Of a DNA stretch of 64,000 bases, positions 57,086-64,000 are shown piece after piece. This DNA comes from a virus. Position numbers and translations under genes: made by a program. A model generated the notes under the pieces. That model was not told the origin of the DNA and ran no database searches. It saw only the letters and a program-made list of their open reading frames with translations. Where the stretch lies: positions 26,553 through 90,552 of IMG/VR virus record IMGVR_UViG_3300047318_000369; one strand, 5' to 3'. Each line of letters starts with the position of its first letter. Position 1 is the stretch's first letter.

Positions 57086-57583
57086 TCAACTGCCGAGCGA
57101 TGCCGCGAACTCCCCGGCCTTCGCCTCGGCTGCCGTCACCGTGATCTGCCCCCGGTGGCTCACCTCGACCCGGTAGAACTTCGAGCCGCCCGGAACATCC
57201 GGCACCCGCACCGGGAACACGCACGCCGCCGCCTTCGGCTTCCCCGTGCCGAGCGCGCCGGTTGCCACGACCTTCCCCGCCGAGTCGTACACCGTCACGC
57301 TCGCACCCGCCGCAATGTCCTCGTAGCCGCTGTACCCGGTGCAGTCCTCGGACGTGTCGCCGACCGGCACGTTGTCACCCGTCAACGTGATCACGCCGGT
57401 GAGCGTGAACGGCTTCGGGGCGGATGAGCCGCCGCCCGACAGGCCCCACGCCAGGCCCACGGCGCACGCACCAACAGCGAGACCAGCAAGGCCAGTTACC
57501 AGCGGATGAGGCCAACGCCCCGCCTTCACAGGCGGCGTCACGGGAATCGGCGGGGTGGCAGGCATATCGGTCGCATCAGACAT
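57086..57583 (-). CDS. Membrane-anchored exported protein
   Basis: Single TM then CTGYSGYEDIAAGASVTV..C.F..V..FYRVEVSHRG. Confidence 0.7.
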   Translation of the reverse strand: MSDATDMPATPPIPVTPPVKAGRWPHPLVTGLAGLAVGACAVGLAWGLSGGGSSAPKPFTLTGVITLTGDNVPVGDTSEDCTGYSGYEDIAAGASVTVYDSAGKVVATGALGTGKPKAAACVFPVRVPDVPGGSKFYRVEVSHRGQITVTAAEAKAGEFAASLGS

Positions 57584-57798
57584 GCGCCGAATCATGACAG
57601 CGCCAACACCCGGCGTACACGCCAACGGCCAGACCGAACCCGCGCCACGCGGCGCACAACCCGAAGGAGGCCGCGTGGCCGACGAACACGTCATCACCCT
57701 GGCCATCGAGGCGTCGGGTGAAGTCACGCCCGCACCCACCACGGAACAGGCAGGCACCAACGAGGCCGAGCCTCGCGACGACGAGGAAGGCATGACCG

Positions 57799-58197
57799 AT
57801 GGCTGAAGGCCTGTCCACGACGCTGGTGTCCAACTGGCTCAATACCTTGCGTGCTGCGGGCGCGGCTTTCGGCCCGGTCGCCGCCGAGTACGCGCAGCTC
57901 CACACCGCCAACCCGGGTGCGGCCGGCACCACCGCCATCTCCGCTGGCTCCGCGACCCGCGTCATCTTCACGCACGCCGCGTCGTCCGCCGGCTCGGCGC
58001 TCGCGCTCACCGGCACCAACCCGGCGTGGACCAACGGCGGGACGAGCGAAACGATCACGGACATCTCCGTGTGGACCGCGGTGACCGGCGGCACCTTCCT
58101 GTACTCGGTGCAGCTCACCGCCTCGAAGGCGTGGGCGTCCGCCGACACCTTCACGCTGACGAGCCATTCCGTCTCGCTAAGCCCACAGGCGGCCTGA
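57799..58197 (+). CDS. Putative virion structural/tail-associated protein
   Basis: YAQLHTANPGAAGT..TITDISVWTA.TGGTFL; Ala/Thr-rich beta protein. Confidence 0.6.
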   Translation: MAEGLSTTLVSNWLNTLRAAGAAFGPVAAEYAQLHTANPGAAGTTAISAGSATRVIFTHAASSAGSALALTGTNPAWTNGGTSETITDISVWTAVTGGTFLYSVQLTASKAWASADTFTLTSHSVSLSPQAA

Positions 58198-58217
58198 CCC
58201 CCTGACGGGGAGGACTC

Positions 58218-59723
58218 ATGACGTCCTTCGCCGATGACTTCAACCGGGCCAACGGCGCTCCAGGGTCCGGGTGGGTAGATGCGACCGGCCTCTGGACCAT
58301 CGTCTCCAACCAGCTCTCCTCGGGAAGCGCCGGCGGCACGATCATCATTCGTGCCGCCACGGCGATGGCCACCTCGGATAACTCGGCGCAGATCACCATC
58401 GCCGCCACCGGGGCCGTCTCCCACGGCGTGTTCTGCCGCGCCAACACCGGTTCCGGCTTCACCAGCGGCTATCTGTGGCGCAACGATGGCACCTCGTGGA
58501 ACTTGTTCTCGAACGTCGGCAGCTCGTTCACCTCCCTGGGCTCCTTTGCCGGGGCAGCCGTAGCGGGAGACGTCGCCAAGATCACGGCTGTCGGCAGCAC
58601 CATCACGGGCTACGTAAACGGCGTCGCGCGCGTAACGGTCACCAACACGGCCGTCACCACCGGAACCGGCCTAGGCCTTCGCGCCGAGTCGTCGAACGTG
58701 CTCCGATTCGACGATTTCGCCGGGGCAGACGTCACATCCGGCACCACAGGCGACGCGGCGCTGTCCGGCACCGCAACACTGACTGCGGCCGGCCTGCGCG
58801 CCACAACCGGCGGCGGTGCACAGGCGGCGACAGCCAGCCTGACCGCCGGAGGGGTCCGGGCAACTGCCGGCGGCGCAACCGTGGCCCCCACCGCCACCCT
58901 CACAGCCGGCGGCCTGCGGGCCACAGCCGGGGACGCGGGCCTGTCATCCTCGGCGAGTCTGACGGCCGACGGTACTCGTGCCGCGTCCGGGGCAGCGAGC
59001 CTTGCTGCGACGGGGTCCCTGGCCGCCAGCGGTTTCCTCGGCGCCACCGCATCCAGCAGCACGACGGCCACCGCCAGCCTGACCGCAGCCGGACAGGTGG
59101 ACCACCCGGCGCAGGCCGCACTCGCCGCCTCGGCCGGGCTCGCCGCGAGCGGAACACGCGCCACCCAGGCAGACGCGGGGCTTCCCGCCACAGCAGGTCT
59201 GACCGCTACCGGGCAGACGGCGACCGTCGGCGACACCACCCTCACCGCCGCGGCGGTCATCACGGCGACCGGACAGCGAGGCGCCCTCGCCGACGCAGCA
59301 CTCGCCGCTACCGCCGGCCTGGCCGCGCAGGGACAGGTCGCGTACAGCGCCGCCGCCGCCCTGGCAATAGCAGCCACGCTCACGGCTGGAGGAGTCACAG
59401 GCGCGGCTCCCGTGCTCGGCGACGCCGCCCTGAACGCGACGGGCACCCTCACTGCGGCAGGCGCCCGCACGACGGCAGCGGGGGCTGGTCTCAACGCCGC
59501 CGCGACACTCGCAGCAGCAGGGAACAAGGCAACCGCCGGAGCTGCGGCCACCGCCGTCACGGCCATCCTCGCCGCCAGCGGGACCCTGATCTCCACCCGC
59601 GACGACATCGACGTCACCGTCGGCGCCCCCTACAGCCCGTGGTCCGTCGGTGCTCCGCAGCGTGAGACGTGGCCCGTGGCCGAACCGAAGCCCGCACCCT
59701 GGCTCGTCGGCCAACCCCAGTGA
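58218..59723 (+). CDS. Putative fibre/adhesin: lectin-like N-domain plus Ala/Thr-rich repeats
   Basis: FADDFNRANG..FDDF domain followed by ~20-aa repeats like GDAALSGTATLTAAGLRATT. Confidence 0.65.
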   Translation: MTSFADDFNRANGAPGSGWVDATGLWTIVSNQLSSGSAGGTIIIRAATAMATSDNSAQITIAATGAVSHGVFCRANTGSGFTSGYLWRNDGTSWNLFSNVGSSFTSLGSFAGAAVAGDVAKITAVGSTITGYVNGVARVTVTNTAVTTGTGLGLRAESSNVLRFDDFAGADVTSGTTGDAALSGTATLTAAGLRATTGGGAQAATASLTAGGVRATAGGATVAPTATLTAGGLRATAGDAGLSSSASLTADGTRAASGAASLAATGSLAASGFLGATASSSTTATASLTAAGQVDHPAQAALAASAGLAASGTRATQADAGLPATAGLTATGQTATVGDTTLTAAAVITATGQRGALADAALAATAGLAAQGQVAYSAAAALAIAATLTAGGVTGAAPVLGDAALNATGTLTAAGARTTAAGAGLNAAATLAAAGNKATAGAAATAVTAILAASGTLISTRDDIDVTVGAPYSPWSVGAPQRETWPVAEPKPAPWLVGQPQ

Positions 59724-59734
59724 AGGCGGTGGAC

Positions 59735-60034
59735 ATGCAACTTCCCGCCACCACCACCGAGTTCATTCACGTCCCCGTCACCCCGCCGGTCGGAGTCGAC
59801 GTCACCGGCATCCCGCCCAAGCTGGCGATCCTGCCCGTGAGCAACCGGGCCAACCCGACAGTTGGCGACTGGATGACCGGGACGTGGGGCGCCGGACCGG
59901 AAGCGCTACTCCTCGTCGGGCCCGACGCGGGCGCGGTCACCCTGACCGTCGGCGACTACCGGGTCTACGTCAGCTTCGATCCGCCCGGCAGCGAAAACAT
60001 CGTCCGCCAGTCCGGCTACCTCAGCATCACCTGA
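59735..60034 (+). CDS. Small beta-sandwich virion-associated protein
   Basis: Follows fibre gene; LVGP..L..GDYRVYV. Confidence 0.55.
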   Translation: MQLPATTTEFIHVPVTPPVGVDVTGIPPKLAILPVSNRANPTVGDWMTGTWGAGPEALLLVGPDAGAVTLTVGDYRVYVSFDPPGSENIVRQSGYLSIT

Positions 60035-60049
60035 ACGGAGACCAGAACC

Positions 60050-60328
60050 GTGGCCACCCCGAGCGTCGGCATGACCGTGCACTACGTCAGCTACGGCACC
60101 CCCGGCGGCGAGTACACCTCACAGTGCCGGGCCGCCATCGTCACCGCAGTCCCTGACATCCTCACCGACGGCCTCTACGGCAAGGTCCCCGACGCGCACC
60201 TGTGCGTGCTCAACCCGGAGGGCTTCTTCTTCAACAAGAACGTGATCTACGACGAGCCGCAGCTCGATGAGCACGGCCACCCGGGACTGCGCGGCGGCAC
60301 CTGGCACTGGCCCGAGCGCAGCGAGTAG
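60050..60328 (+). CDS. Conserved phage hypothetical protein
   Basis: PSVG..VHYVS.GTPGGEY..CRAAIVT..GTWHWPER. Confidence 0.75.
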   Translation: MATPSVGMTVHYVSYGTPGGEYTSQCRAAIVTAVPDILTDGLYGKVPDAHLCVLNPEGFFFNKNVIYDEPQLDEHGHPGLRGGTWHWPERSE

Positions 60329-60422
60329 ACGGCACCCCCCCATCACGCCTGCGGCCAGCTACCGCAGGAAGGAAACCCCGGCGTTCCTGGCGCCGGGGTT
60401 TCCGCACACCCAGGAGACGAAC

Positions 60423-61115
60423 ATGGCCCGCTTGCAGATCCTCCAACTCCCCGCAGGTGCCGGAGACGACCGGCCGCCGTTCGTGCTCGTCGTCGACGAG
60501 ACCGTGCCCCAGCGAGTCGCACTCGGCCCGGACACCCCGTTCCGCGACTACTGGGAAGAACTCGCCCTACAAATCGGGGCGCGAGGCGTCATCGTCACCC
60601 CTGAGACCGTCGACATCCCCGCGAACGAACTGCTTCCGGGCTCGACGGGCGCGCGCGTCTACCTAGGCGACATGGAAGTCGGCAGCGTCAGCAGTACCGA
60701 CTCCACCGACCGGGCGACGGAAGCCGAGTCCAGGCTGAAGGCCCTGGCTGGCGAATATGCCGCGCTTCAGGAGCAGCTCAACGACGCCCGCATGTGGGCC
60801 CGGCATGGCTACGAGATCGGGCAACGCCACTGCGGATGGTCGGACCACGGCGTCGCACCCGACTGGCTCACCGAAGGCTGGCCGTACAGTTTCGACTCCT
60901 GCGAACACCTGAAGCAGGCTGCGGAGTACGACGAAGCGCTGACTCGGGTACGCGGCCTACATCGACCCGTCGAGCATCACGGGCAGACCATCTGTGCGGA
61001 ATGCTCCGGTTATGGAGGGCAGAGCACCGACAACGCGCCTGTCGCCCACGACAAGTGCGGCACACTCCGAGCGCTCACCGTGGATAGTGCAGACGAGCCG
61101 ACGGTAAAGCCGTGA
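60423..61115 (+). CDS. Hypothetical protein
   Basis: AGGAG RBS after hairpin 60371-60403. Confidence 0.65.
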   Translation: MARLQILQLPAGAGDDRPPFVLVVDETVPQRVALGPDTPFRDYWEELALQIGARGVIVTPETVDIPANELLPGSTGARVYLGDMEVGSVSSTDSTDRATEAESRLKALAGEYAALQEQLNDARMWARHGYEIGQRHCGWSDHGVAPDWLTEGWPYSFDSCEHLKQAAEYDEALTRVRGLHRPVEHHGQTICAECSGYGGQSTDNAPVAHDKCGTLRALTVDSADEPTVKP

Positions 61116-61387
61116 GGATCCGCCGTCGCAGGCCCGAGCCGCAGCCTGCACCGCCGCGCCCGAACTACACGGCGATCGCCGTGATGGAACACGACGAGTT
61201 CGGCATCCAACCCGAACCCGGAACGGCCGCAGCGTTCGTCATCGGGCTGCGCAAGGCGGTCGCGAACTGCACGGCGCATCAACCCGTCGACACCACACCG
61301 TTCGCCCAGGTTGGACGGCGAGGCGTGTGCACGCGGTGCGGCTGCGACATGGTGCAGGACGGCGACGGCCAGTGGGTCAAGACGTAG
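61112..61387 (+). CDS. Hypothetical protein
   Basis: Coupled ORF; CTRCG. Confidence 0.55.
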   Translation: MRIRRRRPEPQPAPPRPNYTAIAVMEHDEFGIQPEPGTAAAFVIGLRKAVANCTAHQPVDTTPFAQVGRRGVCTRCGCDMVQDGDGQWVKT

Positions 61388-61414
61388 GCAGACCAGTAGC
61401 GGCCGGAGGATGAC

Positions 61415-61588
61415 GTGGTCGACCTGCACGTCGTACCCGTAGACGACCTCGTCGAGCACGACACCAGCATCGACGCCGCCTGCGTCTGCGTCCCAACCGA
61501 TACGCCCGTCGAGCAGGAAGACGGAACGATCCGCTGGCTCGCCGTCCACCACAGCCTTGACGGGCGTGAACTGTCGGAGGCGACGTGA
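61415..61588 (+). CDS. Small phage hypothetical protein
   Basis: GGAGG RBS; HVVPVDDLVEH..CVC.P..HHSLDGRE; not in supplied track. Confidence 0.6.
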   Translation: MVDLHVVPVDDLVEHDTSIDAACVCVPTDTPVEQEDGTIRWLAVHHSLDGRELSEAT

Positions 61589-61833
61589 GCGACATCGATA
61601 GCAGCTTTGTCCTCGTCACGAGTGAGGCGCCCTACCTGCTCGACTTCACCCCGAAGCCGCAGACGATCACCATCACGGGCGCAGACAACGCTCCGCTCGT
61701 CACCATCCACCCCGACGGCACACTCGACTACGGGCCTGACTACACGCCCGATGCGGCAGCCCACGCATTCTGGGAAGCCATGCGGTGCTACATGCCAGCG
61801 CGGTGCGAACGGTGCGGGCACGAGCTGACGTGA
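61585..61833 (+). CDS. Hypothetical protein
   Basis: Coupled ORF. Confidence 0.6.
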   Translation: MSDIDSSFVLVTSEAPYLLDFTPKPQTITITGADNAPLVTIHPDGTLDYGPDYTPDAAAHAFWEAMRCYMPARCERCGHELT

Positions 61834-62077
61834 AGAAGCACAAGCCACCCAACCGCCAGCCTCGCGGGCCACGCGCCACACTGCCCAAGCCGATGGATGT
61901 CCGGCCGCCGCTGTGCGGACCCAACCCGTACCCCGAGATCAGCGGCGACCCGGCGTGGGCGCACGACCACAACATGTGCGGCTGCTGGCATCAGTACGAC
62001 GAATGCCCGTGCAGCCTCGTTGCGCACGAAGCGGCGCACCTCGCGGCCGGATGCCCCTGCAAGTTCTACGGAGAACG

Positions 62078-62389
62078 ATGACCGCCAACCCGGCAGGCCT
62101 CACCTACACCCTCCACATGGCCACGACAGACGGACGCCTCGCCATGGTCGACATCACCGAAGCCGTCACCCGCGCCCACTTCGTCGTCACCCAGGCCGAC
62201 GGCACACTTGGCATCACCGGCATCCACGACGCACTCCCCGGAGACGCCGACGCCAGCGCCGCCCACCGCATCATGCTCGTCACCTGCCAGAACCCAGCAG
62301 GCAACGGCCAAGTACCTATGACCGTCGACCCCGAAGCCGCGCGGGTGCTCGACGTCATGAAGGCACAGCGGGCCAACGCCGGACGCTGA
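62078..62389 (+). CDS. Hypothetical protein
   Basis: GGAG RBS, coupled. Confidence 0.55.
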   Translation: MTANPAGLTYTLHMATTDGRLAMVDITEAVTRAHFVVTQADGTLGITGIHDALPGDADASAAHRIMLVTCQNPAGNGQVPMTVDPEAARVLDVMKAQRANAGR

Positions 62390-62645
62390 CGAACGGGTGG
62401 GAGGCAGGCATGGCCGACGATCGAGCAAGCGCCAAGCTGCAACTCCGCACAGCCCCGCGCTCAGCAGGCGGGTACCGGCCGCGCAGCGACTGCCGCACCG
62501 TCCTGGAGTACTGGCTGCGCTACGCCATCAGCGAGCCGTGCGACTTCACCTACTGTGCCCCGCGACGCATCGCGTGCAGCCTCCTCGGATGGCACAACAC
62601 CACCTGCGTCGGACGGTCAGCACCGCACCCACGGAGCTGGTGACC

Positions 62646-63038
62646 ATGCCCAGGCGGACAGGCTGGCGCGTGTGCTCGACACCGGGATGCCCGGAGTTCT
62701 CGCAGGGCGGGAAGTGCGACGACCACCGGCGCGAGGCAGAACAGCGACGCGGCACCGCACGACAGCGTGGGTACGGCAAGCAGCACGAGCAGAGGTTCAG
62801 ACCCGGCGTCCTCGCACGCAACCCGACATGCGTCTGCCCTGACGAAGGCCACGACCACGGCTCACCCTGCGGCCAGCGATCCGTACACGCCGACCACTGG
62901 CCACTCGACCGCAAGGCGCTCGTCGCAGCAGGCCTCGACCCCGACGACCCCAAGCGCGGGCGCGGGCTCTGCGGGCCATGCCACTCCAAAGAGACGGCAG
63001 CCAACCCCGAGCAGCAAGGCGGATGGGCGCGCAGATAG
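62646..63038 (+). CDS. HNH endonuclease (terminase-associated type)
   Basis: CSTPGCPE..CDDH..RQRGY; CVC..HADHW..GLCGPCHSKET. Confidence 0.8.
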   Translation: MPRRTGWRVCSTPGCPEFSQGGKCDDHRREAEQRRGTARQRGYGKQHEQRFRPGVLARNPTCVCPDEGHDHGSPCGQRSVHADHWPLDRKALVAAGLDPDDPKRGRGLCGPCHSKETAANPEQQGGWARR

Positions 63039-63143
63039 GTGACCGGCAACACCGTTGCCCCGTCCCGCAATTACCCCCGCAATGCGGGCTGACCTGGGAC
63101 AATAAAGCAAGGACCCCGGCGAGTGCGTCAACACTCCCGGGGC

Positions 63144-63908
63144 GTGGCCGAACCTGATGAGAGGTACGACTTGCAGAACGATAGCAAGTGTCTCGCGTGC
63201 GAAGCTCTGCTCCCTGCGAGCAGAGGCAGCCGCCCGCGACGGTGGTGTTCCGACAAATGCCGTAGCTGGGCTCGACTCAATCCCGGGAAGAAGCGACCGT
63301 CGGGCCGGGTGTGTCGAGGGTGTGGCGTCGGCATCGACCACTTGATCACCAAGGCGATCTACTGCACCCAGGCGTGTGGCCAACGGCTGCGCGACACGGA
63401 TGCCAAGGTCCAGCTCCCGACGCGCCCGTGCAGGCAGTGCGGCAGATCGTTCCAGCCTTTCCGGTCCAACAGCTCGTGCTGTTCGGATAGGCACTACAGG
63501 ACGTGGCGCCAGAAGCAGTGGAGCGCAGCGAACCCGAAACTCGTCAGGCTTAGGCGCGCCGAACTCCGCGCTCGAATGACAGAAGAGCAGCGACTCAGGG
63601 AACGGGCGCGACAGCGACTCCTCGCCCAAGTTCGCCGAGCGCAGAAGAAACTCTCGCTGCACTTGCGCTTCACTGACGTGCAACTGGCTCAACGGATGGC
63701 GATGTTCGCTGGCTGCTGGATGTGTGGCGGCCCGTTTGAGCACATTGATCACGTGAAGCCGTTGGCCGCTGGCGGCCCACACATCCTCGCGAACCTTCGG
63801 CCGGCCTGCGCTCCGTGCAACCTGAGCAAGGGGAGTCAGTGGCCGCTGCGGTCGCCGCTGATCATGGCTGGTCGGCGAGTCAGGGATGAGCCCGCAGCAG
63901 CCCTCTAG
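63144..63908 (+). CDS. HNH endonuclease with N-terminal Zn fingers
   Basis: Three CxxC..CxxxC-type modules; CWMCG..IDHVKPLAAGGPH..NLRPACAPCNLSKG. Confidence 0.88.
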   Translation: MAEPDERYDLQNDSKCLACEALLPASRGSRPRRWCSDKCRSWARLNPGKKRPSGRVCRGCGVGIDHLITKAIYCTQACGQRLRDTDAKVQLPTRPCRQCGRSFQPFRSNSSCCSDRHYRTWRQKQWSAANPKLVRLRRAELRARMTEEQRLRERARQRLLAQVRRAQKKLSLHLRFTDVQLAQRMAMFAGCWMCGGPFEHIDHVKPLAAGGPHILANLRPACAPCNLSKGSQWPLRSPLIMAGRRVRDEPAAAL

Positions 63909-64000
63909 CTCCGAGGTGCGGTCGGGCAGTCGTCGCACTCCGTAGTCAAAAGCCCCCTCTGGACCCCAGGGGGTGACGGTCTAGATGATCCAACCGGGAC

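Larger units (their letters stand above)
1..64000. mobile_element. Temperate actinophage / prophage region (integration, immunity, early/replication and accessory modules; boundaries not resolved)
   Basis: Integrase, divergent XRE repressor/Cro pair, RecE/Sak4-like recombination genes, WhiB, DnaB-like helicase, HNH genes, dense ATGA/GTGA-coupled small ORFs; no housekeeping genes seen. Confidence 0.9.

Noticed and set aside
58740-59590. Repetitive GC-rich tract as a non-coding array
   Set aside because: The repeats are in frame and explained by Ala/Thr/Gly protein repeats
63909-64000. cos/packaging site after the HNH genes
   Set aside because: The position is suggestive, but no terminase gene or defined end sequence is visible in the window

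Overview
GC-rich actinobacterial (Streptomyces-like) temperate phage/prophage DNA covering the non-structural part of the genome. From left to right: an accessory block with a Cre-like tyrosine recombinase (1-4.9 kb); a putative att region and tyrosine integrase (5.2-6.7 kb); an XRE repressor/Cro switch (7.2-8.4 kb); a long rightward early operon (RecE-like nuclease, Sak4-like AAA ATPase, ASCH, two WhiB, C5 DNA methyltransferase, replication initiator with iterons, DnaB-like helicase, MazG-like protein, HNH nucleases); a conjugation-like module (two Nudix genes, stand-alone FtsK-gamma, TraB/FtsK translocase with an 11-bp repeat array; about 36-48.5 kb); many small hypothetical genes; a cluster of probable virion accessory genes; and two HNH genes at the right end. 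No terminase or capsid gene is visible in the window. The most striking feature is at 9054-10485, at the start of the early operon. It is a ~740-bp array of 16 full units. Each unit opens with CGAC(T) and is built from 5-9 pentamers with a near-invariant C at one position (111 of 112 by my hand count), so unit lengths step by 5 nt (33/38/43/48/52). The array sits directly upstream of a lone Cas7/RAMP-like gene with no other cas genes. This looks like a compact phage-encoded RNA-guided module that is not a canonical CRISPR. All calls come from reading motifs by eye; no database searches were run.
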